Below are positions 31,616 to 46,451 of a stretch of 64,000 bases of DNA, one piece after another. Made by a program: the position numbers and the translations under genes. Each line of letters begins with the position of its first letter. Positions within the stretch are counted from its first letter, which is position 1. The DNA is from the human T2T-CHM13v2.0 reference genome, Homo sapiens. The stretch lies in the NCBI RefSeq assembly GCF_009914755.1, contig NC_060947.1; one strand, given 5' to 3'. Below the pieces are notes generated by a model. The model saw only the letters and a list, made by a program, of their open reading frames with translations, was not told the DNA's origin and did no database searches.

Positions 31616-33050
31616 GTGAGTACCTTGCAAAGAGGGTTAATGGAAGTTGTGGAAAAGTTGAAGAACATCTACAGGCAAGTCTTACTCTGAGCAAACAATT
31701 AGAGCAGGTGAGTTCCTCTGAAGAAGTCCCCCCACCACCACCTTCTCTTTCTGGCATCCTGTACCTTTCTTTTGTCTGTCCTAGTAGCAAACAATGCCTT
31801 CACACTGCACATGGCAGGTATTTGAGGGCACTGCCTCAAACTCTCAGATTAATTTTTCTTCCTTTCTTCTCCCCACTAGACTTAACTATAAACTATACTT
31901 CTCTTTCCAAATCAATTTTTTTTCAACTAGGCTCTAGTTTTATGTACAAAAAATAAAATAATCTGGTATTGCTCACTAATCAGAAATAACTATATAATGC
32001 CTAAATTTGCAATGTAAATAGTGCATCTATAAATCTCTAACAATGGCATTTCAATGGCATTTATATTAAGGTGTATAATGGGAAACTTGGGAAACTTAGG
32101 GAAGAGATTTTCTGTCACTATTTATATCCAGTTCTTATTCCATCTATATGTGATGGCAGCTTTGTTGCAAGCCAAATAGTTTCTGAAAATGACAAGTCCA
32201 TGATAAATTCTATTTGCCAAGCTGAATTAAAGAGTCTGGATTAGGGGATATAATGGGACTAAGCTTTTGATTTATTTTTTTTACTACATATATTATTTGT
32301 CCATGATTTCTTTTCCATAAAAATTATAAAATGGAGGGATCACTGGTGCTTTTGTTTTTCTTCCTATTCAACTGTCCATTTTGACTCCTGGATATCAACA
32401 AATGTCTCTGGATATAGGCTCTGGACGTTTTTAACATCAATTCTCTCCAAGAAAAAGAAAAGAAAGAAAAAGAAAAAAAAATAGCTGCAGTTTTTAAGAA
32501 AAATAATTTCATTCGTATTTGTTTTATGTATATAATTTTAATAAATTAATTCCTTTCTGACCTAAAACATTAGCATATTAATCTTAGAGTAGGTAATAAG
32601 GATATGTTGTCTTTTCAGCTGTTTGAATTCAGCATAGCTGATTCTTTCCAATTATCTATTTTGCGGTTCTGCCACTCAGAAAAAAAAATGACAAGTTAGA
32701 GTAAAATATTAATATAAAAAAGGTAAGTTTGTAGATGTGAATCTGTTTTTAAAACATCATTTTTCCAGGCTTCCCAAATACATCAACCATCATTTTATTT
32801 ATTTTCCCACTGCACTCCTAACCCCTTCTTCCTCATTTGTACCTAATTGTTTCTTCCCATCTTGACCCACACCCTAGAAGCAGTTCACTACCCCACAACC
32901 TTCAAACACTGCCAAATATTTGGAACATTTTTTTCTAGTCTAAACAGAGATAGCCTTGATACAGTGTGACTATTGAAAATAATTTCTCCTCAGGGAGGTC
33001 TGGTGCTCTTCTATCTGGAAGGTGAAATGTCCATATAGGCTTTTACATAT

Positions 33051-35333
33051 TGTATTAGTTTGTTCTCACACTGTTAGTAAAAACATATCTGAGACTGGGT
33101 AATTTATAAAGAATAGAGGTTTAATTGACTCACCGTTCAGCATGGCTGGGGAGACCTCACAATCATGGCAGAAAACAAATAAGGAGCAAACTCACGTCTT
33201 ACATGGTGGCAGGCAAGAGAGAGTGGGTGTAGGGAAACCACCCTTTATAAAACCATCAGATCTCATGAGACATTCACTATCATGAGAACAGCACAGAAAA
33301 AAACTGCCCAAATGATTCAATTATCTTCCACTGGTTCCCTCCCACAACACGTGAAGATCATGGGAACTATAATTCAAGATGAAATTTGGGTGGAGACACA
33401 ATGTCTAACCATATCATTCTACACCTGGCCCCTCCCAAATCTCATGTCCTCACAGTTCAAAACACAATTATGCCCTTCCAACAGTCCCCCAAAGTCTTAA
33501 CTCATTCCAGCTTTAACTCAAAAGTCCACATCCAAAGTCTCATCTGAGACAAGGAAAGTTTCTTCTCCCTATGCTCCTGTAAAATCAAGAGCAAGTTAGT
33601 TACTTCCTAGATACAATGAGGGTACAGGCATTGGGTAAACACACTCATTCCAAATGAGAGAAATTGGCCAAAACAAAGGGGCTACAGGCCCCGTGCAATT
33701 CCGAAATCCAGCAGGGCAGTCCTTAAACCATAAAGTTCCAAAATGATCACTTCGGACTCCAAGTCTCACATCCAGGTCATGCTGATGCAAGAGGTGGGCT
33801 CCAACAGCCTTGGGAAGCTCTACCCCTATGGCTTTGCAGGGTACAGCCCCGCTCCTGGCTGCTTTCATGGGTTGGCGTTGAGTGTCTGTGGCTTTTCCAG
33901 GTGCACGGTGCAACCTGTTGGTGAATCCACTATTCTGGGGTCTGGAGGATGGTGGCTCTCTTCTTACAGCTCCACTAGGCAGTGCCCCAGTGTGGGACTC
34001 TGTGTGGTGCTCTCGCCCAACAATTCCCTTCTGCACTGCCCTAGCAGAGATTCTCCATGAGGGTTCTGCCACTGTAGCACATCTCTCCTTGAACATCCAA
34101 GTGTTTCCATACATCCTCTGAAATCTAGGCAGAGGTTCCCAAACCTCAATTCTTGACTTCTGCACACTCACAAGCCCAACACTACATGTAATCCACCAAG
34201 ACTTGGGTCATGTACCCTCTGAAGCCATGGCCTGAGCTATACTTTGACCCCTTTTAGCAATGACTGGAGCTGAAGATGCTGGGATGCACGGAACCAAGTC
34301 CTGAGGCTGCACACAGAAAGGTGAGGCTGGACCTGGCCCAAGAAACCATTTTTTTTTTTCCCTCCTAGGCCTCCTGGTCTGTGACAGAAGGGGTTGCCAT
34401 GATTGTCTCAGACATGCCTTAGAGACATTTTCCCCATTGTCTTGGTGATTAAAATTTGCTCCTTGTTACTTACGCAAATTTCTGCAGCCAGCTTGAATTT
34501 CTCCCCAGAAAATGGGTTTTTCTTTTATATTGCATTGTCAGGCTGCAAATTTTTCAAACTGTTATGCTCTGCTTCCTCTTGAACACATTGCCACTTACAA
34601 ATGTCTTCCACTAAATAACCTCAATCATCTCTCAAGTTCAAAGTTCCACAGATTTCTAGTGTAGGGACAAAATGCCACCAGCCTCTTTGCAAAATCATAC
34701 CAAGAGTCATCTTTGCTCAATGCCCAAAAATTTCTCATCTCCATCTGAGACCACCTCAGTTTGGATCTTATAGTCCATATTATTTTCAGCATTTTGGTCA
34801 AAACCATTCAATGAGTCTCTAGGGAAGTTCCAAAATTTCCCACATTTTCTTATCTTCTTCTGAGTCCTCCAAATGATTCCAATCTCTGCCTGTTACACCA
34901 TTCCAAAGTTGCTTCCACATTTTTGAGTATCTTTATAGTAGCGCCCCACTACCCAGTACCAATTTACTGTATTAGTCTGTTTTAACACTGCTAATAAAGA
35001 CATATTTGAGGCTGTGTATCTATAAAGGAAAGAAGTTTAATTGACTCACAGTTCCACATGACTGGGGAGGCCTTACAATCATGGTGGAAGGCAAATGAGG
35101 AGCAAAGTTACGTCTTACATGGCAGCAGGCAACAGAGATTGTGTATAGGGGAACTCCCCTTTATAAAACCATCAGACCTCATCAGACTTATTCACTATCG
35201 GGAGAACAGCTTGGGAAAACCCACCCCTATGATTCAATTACCTCCCACAAGGTCCCTCCCATGACACATGGGGATTATGGGAGCTAAAATTCAAGATAAG
35301 ATTTGAGTGGAGACACAAAGCCTAACTATATCA
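33051..35333 (-). mobile_element. Full-length THE1D-like MaLR (LTR 33051-33416, internal 33417-34967, LTR 34968-35333)
   Basis: Two ~365-bp LTRs TGTATTAGT...TATCA flanking ~1.55 kb THE1-int; degenerate MaLR internal ORF 33596-34171. Confidence 0.92.
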
Positions 35334-35559
35334 TATGTCACAAGTGTTAAGTCAGTGCTCTCACCTGCTCCATGGTCTTTAAAGTAAATGGATGTATTTC
35401 CATTTAGCAATATAGAATAACTGCATGCCAGCCTTTATTAAAAAGAAAAGTGAGACTTCCAAATTATGTGCTTTTCAGCTGAAATAAATAATTTCAGGAA
35501 AGTTATACAGAGAGACTATCCAGTTCCACCTCTCCTCTAGATATGTATAATAGTCATTT

Positions 35560-36135
35560 CTTAGTTGCTTCCCCTGTTTCTTTTTCCCCTTTCTAACAGG
35601 ACTTGAATTTCTCAGTCAAATATATTGGATTGGATTGACTTCACCTCTAGCCTTTTCTGTAAGAGGACTTTAATTGACTTAAGCCAATTGGTATATTCCC
35701 TCTCTGCAGAGATATTTTTGGCCCAGAGATGAACATATAAAAATTTTAAGCTATTTATATTTGAAGAAACATTTGCTGCGGGTTTCTGAGGAAGAAATTT
35801 TCTCTCACTTCAATGGAAGATACATAAAAAGATGTTCTTTCTCACACACTAAATATTAACAAAGAAGCTTAATAGACTCAGGAGCTACAGGCAGCCATAT
35901 TTAGACTTAGAACCAGTCAGTTTTAGAGTGAAGCTAACATAATGAAATAAAATTGGAGAGTTAAAATTAAAAAGAATACTTCTTTATCATTAACCTGCTA
36001 TTTCAATCTTTATCTAAAGTATAAGTTAACTCTAAAATTTGTGTGTGCCAATAATGTGTCTTCATTTAAGCCAGCGTGACCTTTGTTGCTGAAAATTGTT
36101 GTTACTTCCAACACAAAGCAAATTAGCCAAAACTG
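35560..36135 (+). mobile_element. Old MLT1-type LTR
   Basis: GGAGCTACAGGCAGCCATATT and TTTAAGCCAG...TGTTACTTCCAACACAAAGCA motifs typical of MLT1; boundaries approximate. Confidence 0.55.
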
Positions 36136-39100
36136 TACTCTAACATAAATGTACCTAAAAACTTAAAGCAGGAACACAGTAACTACACAGTCACCTTGGC
36201 TGAAATTCATTTTAGTGTTATAAACTCAGCCTTTATCAAGTGTTTTTATTTTAAGGATTAATTTGAAGATCTCATCTAAAACTGCTGTACAAATATCTTC
36301 TAAAGACATTGCCTACTATATTGCTCTTCTTCTGAGGAAAGGGTAGTAAACAATCCCACATTAAGAAAATAGGGAAAGATATGTTATTTCTGGAGAATGG
36401 AGGAAACAAAAATCTGTGCTCCTGGAGAAGGAATAGGACATACTCTTAAGTCCAGGATCTTATGCCAATACAAGGCATAGGAAAAGAAAGTTGCTCCCAT
36501 ACAAGATGTATCAGATATAAGGCACAGTTTGATTGCCACAAAGAAATACCAGTAATGCTGAGAAAGATTGAGTCCCAAATTCCAGATGCACAAGTCATAG
36601 CAAAGATTGCATCTAGACCAGCAGAACCCAGAGAAACCTCTTGTCCCTATGACAAGACTAGACTAACAAGTAACAGAAGTCTTGTTGTTAAACTCCAATG
36701 TTGGGGGCGGGGCGTGGCATACGCTTGTATAGTTGACAGACCTCTTTGGGGCAGAGAATGAAGCAGAAACACAGAGAAAACCCCTCCAGAAGTCAAGGCC
36801 CCATTCCAAACAAGGTAAAAGCAGTATAATGCTATTTGATATCTGTGGTTCACTGAAGGTAAAGATAGCAAGAAAAATATAAAAACCAGCTCAGTTCCTG
36901 AATAGATTGACCCAATGTCCTGTCAAGAAAAACTGAAAATATGCATAGTCTATGAGCCCTCAGATAGTTTATTACTTATATGCAACAACTACAAAAGTAG
37001 GCAAAGGTACCTGCTCCCTGTCTTCCTTGTCCCACAAGATGATAATGAAACAAAGGAGTACAGATGGCTACAAAACAGATGATGAGGTGCAGCTTGTGTC
37101 ATGCAGCACCTAATTACTTTTATACTTGCAGCTCTATCCTAAAGAGGAAAAGACAGAAAGCCTCTAATGCCTTATTAAAACCTAAGAGGTGCTGAGAAAC
37201 TGTCTCGTGATAGCCTCCTAGGAAGATAAGGAGGAGAGTGAGAAGTGGCCTTGCAGCAGGTTCTCACAAGCCTCCTATGTTCACATGTGCATATCACAAT
37301 GCATTCTGCAAAGACAGGCTTTGTCTATGTGGCCTATGTGAATAACTGCAAGGTAATCAGGACATCAGCATAGAACTGTTCTTGTACACACAACACCCTA
37401 ACAACCTAACAACTTAACAGAAGAAGAGACATGTCCATCTCTGGGCATAAATTATATTTACCTGACTCTTTACTGTTTCTAGATACAATATCTAGAATTA
37501 AATTAAAAATTACTCAGACAGACAAAAATATAGAAAAAATGGCTAAAGAAGTATGAACAAAATCTTCTAGAAATATGGAATTATGTAAAAAGACCAAATC
37601 TACAACTCACTAGCATCCATGAAAGAGAGGGAGAAAAAGCAAGCAACTTGGAAAACGTATTTCAGGATATCATCCGTGAAAATGTTCCCAACCTTGCTAG
37701 AGAGGCCAAGTTTCAAATTCAGGAAATGCAGAGAACCCCTGCAAGATACTACATGAGATGACCATCCCCAAGACACATAGTCATCCGATTTTCCAAGATC
37801 AAAATGAAAAAAAATAAAGTGTTAAAGGGAGATAGAGAGAAAGAGCAGTTCACTTACAAAGAGAACCCCATCTGGCTAACAGTGGAACTTTCAGCAAAAA
37901 TCTACAAGCCAGAAAAGACAAGTCATTCTTTTCTTTAAGAATGCTTAATATCTGCTCATTCAAGCAAGAATTTCATATTCAGCCAGACTAAGCTTCATAA
38001 GCAAAGGATAAGATACTTTTAAGACAAGCAAATACTAAGGGAATTCATTACCACCAAACCTGCTTTATGAGAGATCCTGATGTAAAAGATAAATATGGAA
38101 AAGAAAGACCATTACTGGCACTACAAAAACACAATTAAGCACATAAATCATTGACATTATAAAGCAGCCACACAAACAAGTCTGCATAATAACAGGCTAA
38201 CAAAAAATGATGGGATCAAATCTGCACTTATCAATATTAACCTTGGAATGTAAACGAGCTAAATGCCGTAAGTAAAATGCACAGAATGGCAAGTTGGATA
38301 GAGAAGCAAGACTCAATGGTATATTGTCTTTAACAAACTCATCTCTAATACAATGACACCCATAGGCTCAATGGAAAGGGACTGAGAAAAATCTACCAAG
38401 CAAACAGAAATCAGAAGAAAGCAAGGGTTGCTATTCTAATTTCAGACAAAACAGACTTTAAACCAACAAAAAATTTTAAAAAACACAAGGGTATTGCATA
38501 ATGGTAAAAACTTCAATTCAACAAGAATACCTAACTAGCATAAATATATATGCACCCAACAGAGGAGCAACCAGATTAATAAAACAAGTTTCTAGAAACC
38601 TATGAAGAGACTTGGATAAGCACACAATAACAGTGGGAGACTGCAGCACCTCACTGACAGTACTAGAGAGATCATTGAGGCAGAAAACTAATGAAGATAT
38701 GTAGGACCTGAACTCATTAATTGATCAAATGGATCCAATAGTCGTCTACAGAACTTTCCACCCAAGCACAGAATATATATTCTTTTACCTGCACATGGCA
38801 CATGAGCTAAAATTGACCACACAGTCAGTCATAAAACAATCCCCAGCAATTAAAAAAAGAAGTCATACCAACCACACTTTCCGACCAGAGTACTATGAAA
38901 ATATAAATCAATGCTAAGAAGATCATTAAAAACCACAGAATTATACAGAAATTAAACAACCTGCTTCTAAATGACTTTTAGGTAAACAATGAAATTAAGG
39001 CAGAAATCAAGAAATTCTTTGAAACTAATGAGAAGAAATATACAGCATATCAGGATCTCTGGGACATAACTAAATCAGTGTTAAGAGGGATGGTTATAGT

Positions 39101-39332
39101 GCAAAACACCAACATCAAAAACTTAGAATAACTTAAATGAACAACTTTAATATTACACCTGGAAGAACTAGAAAAGCAAGAGGAAACTAACCCCAAAGCT
39201 AGCAGAGGACAATAAATAACCAAAATCAGAGCTGAACTGAAATAAATTGAGCCACAGAAAAACCATACAAAATAACACATCCAGAATTTTTTTGAAAAAA
39301 TTAGTAAGATAGATTGAGTACTAGCTAAATCA

Positions 39333-39761
<429 letters not shown>

Positions 39762-40505
39762 TCAGAGACTAATATGAACATCTCTATGCACACAAGGTAG
39801 AAAACCTAGAAGAGATGCTTAAATTCCTGGACCCATACAACTTCCCAAGACTGAACCAGGAAGAAAGTGAATCCCTAAAGAAACAAATAATGAGTTCTGA
39901 AACTTAATCAGTAATAAAAATCCTGATGACAAATAAAAGCCCAAAACAAGAAGGATACACGGCCAAATTCTATAAGACATGTAACGAAGAGCTGGTACCA
40001 TTCCTTCTGAAAGTATTCGCAAAATTGAGGAGAGATGACTCTTCCCTAACTTATTCAATGAGGCCAACATAATTCTGATACCAAAACCTGGCAGAGATAT
40101 AGCAAAAAAGAAAAATTCAGGCCAATATCCTTGATGAACACACACAGAAATCTTAAACAAAATACTAGTAAACTGAATCTGGGAACACACCATAAAGCAA
40201 ATCCACCATGATCAAGTAGGCTTTATCCCTGGGATGCAAGGTTCATTCAACATATGCAAATCAATTAAACTGGTCCATCACATAAACAAAACTAAAAAAA
40301 TAAGCCACATAATTATTTCAATAGATGCAAAAACACTTTTGATAAAATTCATCATCTCTTCATGTTAAAAACCCTCAACAAATTAGGCATTGAAGGAACA
40401 TACTTGAAAATAATAAGCCATCTATGAAAACCCCTCAGCCTACATCATAATAAATGGGAAAAAGCTGGAAGCATTCCCTTTGAAAACCAGAACAAGACAA
40501 AGATG

Positions 40506-40510
<5 letters not shown>

Positions 40511-40536
<26 letters not shown>
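40511..40536. repeat. (TC)n microsatellite expanded inside L1 RT motif
   Basis: GATGCCCTG(TC)13ACCA replacing GATGCCCTCTCTCACCA. Confidence 0.9.
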
Positions 40537-40541
<5 letters not shown>

Positions 40542-43452
40542 TCCTCTTCACTAGAGTACTGGAAGTCCTAGCTAGAGCAATCAGGCAAGATAAAGAAATA
40601 ACAGGTATCCAAATAGGAAAAGAGGAAGCCAAACTATCCATGTTTATAGATGATATAATTCTATACCTAGAATACCCCATAGTCTCTGCCCAAATTCTCC
40701 TTGATCTGTTAAGCAACTTCAGCAAATTTTAGAATACAAAATCAATGTATAAAAATCTATAGCATACCTACACACAAACAACATCCAAGCAGAGAGCCAA
40801 ATCAAGAACACAATCCTATTTACAATAGCCACAAAAAAAGAATAAAATATCTAGGAATACAGCTAACCAGGGAGGAGGAAGATCTCTACAAGGAGAACTA
40901 CAAACCACTGCTCAAAGAAATCAGAGATGACACAAACCACCGGAAAAATATTCCATGCTCACGGATAGGAAGAATCTACTTTGTTAAAATGGCCACACTG
41001 GCCAAAGCAATTTACAGATTCAATGCTATTTCTATATATCAAAGACATATTTCATGGAATTAGAAAAAAATTAAAATTCATATGGAACCACAAAAGAGCC
41101 AGAATAGCCAAAGCAATCCTAAGGAAAATTAAAAAAAAAAAAAAAAAAGCTGGCGGTATCACATTACCCAGTTTCAAACAATACTACAAGGCTACAGTAA
41201 CCATAACAGCATACTACCGGTACAAACACAAACACACAGACAAATGTAATACAATAGACAACCCATAAATAATGTTGCACACCTGCAACCATCTGATTTT
41301 TGACAAGTTAACAAATGCAACCAATGGGGATAGGACTCCCTATTCAATCAATGTTGCTGGGATAACTGACTAGCAATATTCAGAAGTTTAAAACTATAAC
41401 CTTTCATTATACCATATACAAAAATAAACTTAAGATGGATTAAAGATTCAAATGGAAAACCTCAAACTATAAAAACACAAGAAAACCTAAGAAATACCAT
41501 TCTTGACATAGGACCTGGCCAATATTTCATGACGAGGATACCAAAAACAATTGTAACACCTTCAAAATGGAAGAAAATATTTGCAAACTATGCATCTGAC
41601 ACATCTGACAAAGGTCTAATATCCAGAAGCTATAAGAAACTTAAATTTACAAGTAAAAAACAACCTCTTAAAAAATGGGCAAAGGACATGAACAGACAGT
41701 TCTCAAAAGAAGACACACACAACCAAGTACATGAAAAAATGTTCAGCTCATTAATCATTAGAAAAATGCAAATCAAAACCACAATGAGATACCATCTCTC
41801 ATGAGTCAGAATGGCTATTACTAAAAAATCAATAAACAACAGATGCTGGCAAGGCTGTGGAGAAAAAAAGAATGCTTATGCACTACTTGAAGGAATGTAA
41901 ATTAATTCAGCCATTGTGGAAAGCAGTTTGGCAATTTCTCAGAAAACTTAAAACAGGATTACCATTTGACCCAGAAATTTCATTACTGAATATATATGCA
42001 AAGGAATATAAATTGTTCCACCATAAAGACACATGCATGTGTATGTTCATTGCAGCAGCAGTATTCACAATAGCAAAGACATGGAATCAACTTAAATGGC
42101 CATCAATGGCTGATTGAATAAAGAAAAGATGGTACATATAAACCATGGAATACTAAGCAGCCATAAAAAAGAATGAGATCATGTTCTTTGCAGCAACATG
42201 GATGAAGCTGGAGGCCATTATCCTAAGTGAAACAACACAGAAACAGAAAATCAAATATCAGATGTTCTCACTTTTAAGTGGGAGTTAATATTGGTTACAT
42301 ATGGACATAAAGAAGTGCACAACAGACAATGGGGCTTACTTGAGGGTGGAGGGTGACAATCACAAAAATATTTATTGAATACTATGCTTATTACCTGGAT
42401 GACAAAATAGCCTGTACACCTAACCCCTGTGACATGCAATTTGCTTATACAGTAAACCAGCATATGTACTCCTGAACCTAAAAGAAAGTTTAAAAAATTT
42501 AAAAATTCTGAGACAATTAAAAATCAAACAAAAGAACACAATACATTGTCAAGTGACAATGTGAACAATAGAACATGGTTAAGAGATGACACAAATGTTA
42601 TAAATATCAGACAAGTTATTTTTTAAAACCTACGACTAATATAATAGAAGACCTAATGTAAAAGTTGTATAACATGCACAAACAGTTGAGGGAGTCCATC
42701 AGATATGGAACCTACAAAAAAGAGTGAAATGGAAACAAATAGATGATTTCAGAGATAAAAAAACATTATTACAATGTCATCATAGGCATACAGGTTAGTA
42801 AAAATAATCACTGAACATAAAATTATCTAAATTAAAACAGTAAGTGAAAAAACAAGGGGAATGAAAACTAAAAAAGAAACACAGACCTAAGTTATGTCAG
42901 CAAAATGGCAGAAAAGGCATTTTCAAGTTCCCATTACACGACAGAAACGTTAAAAAAGAAGCAGGAAATGTCATAACCAACTTTTTTAGAACAATGAAAA
43001 ACAGGAAAAGTTTACAACTACCAAGGAAATGCTGCATCAAGAAAAATACAACTTCAAAATTGTAGGAAAATTTTGTAGCATTTTTACTTGACTTTGCCCT
43101 ATACCCTCCCCAGTTTGGCACCAGACATGAAGAAGATAGCCAATGTTCCTAGTCTGGGCCCCTTATACTTAATACTGGCGGGAACAGAGCATATTTTATT
43201 CACAAATTTTTGTGTACGTCTGTTACAACATATGTGAGTGCTACCTGAAAGACTAATGCAAGAAACTCACCACTCTTTCAACTAATTTGGAAGGGATCCA
43301 GGTCTGAAAAGTGTTTGGCATCGTTCCAAAATATTATAAGGCTGAAAAACAACCCAAAGATATCTGGAGCAAAACAATACATTAATATATCAGATATACA
43401 CCCTACAGCCTATAAGAAAAAGCCAAGGTAACTGTTTTTTAAAAAAGCTTAG

Positions 43453-43796
<344 letters not shown>

Positions 43797-43985
43797 TCAA
43801 AATCACCACATTTATGGGAAAAATCAGCAAGCCAAACTGAAACCCAGGGAAATGTGCATCTATTAATAAGGTCTAAGAAGAACTTATGCTTTCACCTCAG
43901 GCTGATCAGTAGTTTCAGTGCAAGTGTAGTGTTGAAGGAAGGCCCCAGCACAGAGCCAGTCCGTGAAGCCTGGAAGATATTTTGG

Positions 43986-45541
43986 TGTATTAGTCTGTTC
44001 TCACACTGCTAATAAATATATACCTGAGACTGGGTAATTTATAAAGAAAAAGAGGTTTAATGGACTCACAGTTTCACATAGCTGGACAAGCATCACAATC
44101 ATGGTGGAAGGCAAAGGAAAAGCAAAGGCATATCTTACATGGAAGCAGGCAAGAGAGAGAGTGCAGGGGAACTGCCCTTTGTAAAAGCATTAGATCTCAT
44201 GAGACATTCACTATCATGAGAACAAGACAGAAAAAACTGCCTAAATGGTTCAATTACCTCCCACTGGTTCCCTCCCATAACACGTGAGGATTACGGGAGC
44301 GACAATTGAAGATGAAATTTGGGTGGAGACACAATGCCTAACCACACCTGGCCCCTCCCAAATCTCATGTCCTCACAATTCAAAACACAATTATGCCTTT
44401 CTAACAGTCCCCCAAAATCTTAACTCATTCCAGCATTAACTGAAAAGTCCACGTCCAAAGTCTCATCTGAGACAAGGCAAGTTTCTTCTGCCTATATGCC
44501 TGTAAAATCAAAAGCAAGTTAGTTACTTCCTAGATACAATGAGGGTATAGGCATTGGGTAAACACACCCATTCCAAATGGGAGAAATTGGCCAAAACATA
44601 GGGGCTACAGGCCCCGTGCAATTCCGAAATCCAGCAGGGCAGTCATTAAACCATAAAGTTCCAAAACGATCACTTCTGGCTCTATGCCTCACATCCAGGT
44701 CATGCTGATGCAAGAGATGGACTCCCACAGCCTTGGGAAGCTCTGCCCCTATGGCTTTGCAGAGTACAGCCCCACTTCTAGCTGCTTTCATGGGTTTGTG
44801 TTGAGTGTCTGTGGCTCTTCCAGGTGCACAGTGCAACCTGTTGGTGGATCTACTATTCTGAGGTCTGGAAGATGGTGGCCCTTTTCTCACAGCTCCACTA
44901 GGCAGTGCCCCAGTGGGAGCTCTGTGTGGGCTCCCACTCCACAATTCCCTTCTGAACTGCCCTAGCAGATGTTCTCCATGAGTGCTCCACCCCTCCAGCA
45001 TCCCTCTGCCTGGACACCCAGGCATTTTCATACATCCTCTGAAATCCAGGCAGAGGTTCACAAACCTCAAGTCTTGACTTCTGTGCTCATTAGCACATGA
45101 ATGTTGCTATGGCTTGGGGCTTGCACCCTTTGAAGCCATGGCCTGAGCTGTACCTTGGTCCCTTTTAGCAACGGCTGGGGCAACTAGGATGCAGAGAACT
45201 ATGTCTCTAGGCTGCACATGGCAAGAAAGCCCTGGACCCGGCCTGGGAAACTATGTTTTCCTCCTAGGCCTCCAGGCCTGTAATGGAAGGGGCTGCTATG
45301 AAGGTCTCTGAGACTTATTCATTACCACTAGAACAGCACGGGGAAAACCTGCCTCCACGATTCAATTACCTCCCCACAACATGTGGAGATTATGAAAGGT
45401 CTTATGAGACTTACTCATTACCACGAGAACAGCACAGGGAAAACCTGCCTCCACGATTCAATTACCTCCCCACACATATGGGGATTATGAAAGCTACAAC
45501 TCAGGATGAGATTTGAGTGAGGACACAGCCAAATTATATTG
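43986..45541 (-). mobile_element. THE1 MaLR with internal deletion and ~96-bp tandem duplication in right-hand LTR
   Basis: LTR 43986-~44344, THE1-int to ~45310, then jump into LTR; TSD TTTGG/TTTGC. Confidence 0.9.
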
Positions 45542-46078
45542 TTTGCTGTTTTTTAACTTACCATGAGCTAAGGGACAGAGACTCTAGTGATCAAACATGA
45601 CAAAGAATATAACGTCTATAAAAACAGTTGGAAAAACTCACTGGAAAATGGACTACTACAAATTGCAACAACAACAAAAAACTAGCAAACCTTGGGGTAT
45701 GGAGAAAATGTAATTTCCATTGTTACCATATTACAATATAAAAATATCTAGATTTCAACAAAAAAATTATGAGGCAAACAAAGGCATATGACTGTATATT
45801 CAATTAAAAGGATCAAAATAAATTGACATCAGCTATCACTGAGAAAGCCCAAACATTGGACTTACTATGCAGATATTTAAAATAAAATGTCCTTAAAACT
45901 ATATATGAACAGAATGAGAATATCAATTAAAATTGAAATGATAAAAGGAATCAAATACAAATCCTTGATAATGAAAAGTACAATAACTAAAATGAAAAAA
46001 GAAAAAGTATTACAGGGTTCAGGACAGGTTGGAGTAAGAAGGAGAAAGAATCAGTGAACTTTAAGATATGCGAATTGA

Positions 46079-46350
46079 GGCCGGGAGCAGTGGCTCATGC
46101 CTGTAATCCCAGCACTTTGGGAGGCCAAGGCGGGCAGATCACGAGGTCAAGAGATCAAGACCATCCTGGCCAATATGGTGAAACCCCGTTTCTACTAAAA
46201 ATACAAAAATTAGCTGGGCATGGTGGCGCGTGCCTATATTCTCAGCTACTCAGGAGGCTGAGGCAGGAGAATCACTTGAACCCAGGAAGCGGAGGTTGTA
46301 TTGAGCCGAGATCATGCCACTTACTCCAGCCTGGCTACAGAGCGAGACTC
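46079..46350 (+). mobile_element. AluSc-like, tail converted to microsatellite
   Basis: GATCACGAGGTCAAGAGATCAAGACCATCCTGGCCAA diagnostic; degenerate TSD ATATGCGAATTGA/ATATGGCAATTGA. Confidence 0.9.
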
Positions 46351-46355
46351 ACACA

Positions 46356-46423
<68 letters not shown>

Positions 46424-46451
46424 ACACACACACACACCCACACACATATAT
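46351..46451. repeat. Compound microsatellite (CA)(CT)n(TA)n(TG)n(CA)n(TA)
   Basis: Read directly from the sequence. Confidence 0.95.

Noticed and set aside
31594-31956. 120-aa ORF with poly-Pro stretch
   Set aside because: No recognisable domain; runs through two consensus splice donors into pyrimidine-rich intron-like sequence.
32041-32104. Small tandem duplications CAATGGCATTT x2 and GGGAAACTT x2-3
   Set aside because: Ordinary slippage products with no further structure.
36701-36718. GC box GGGGGCGGGGCGTGGC as a promoter
   Set aside because: Isolated motif, no CpG island, probably within a decayed L1M 5' region.
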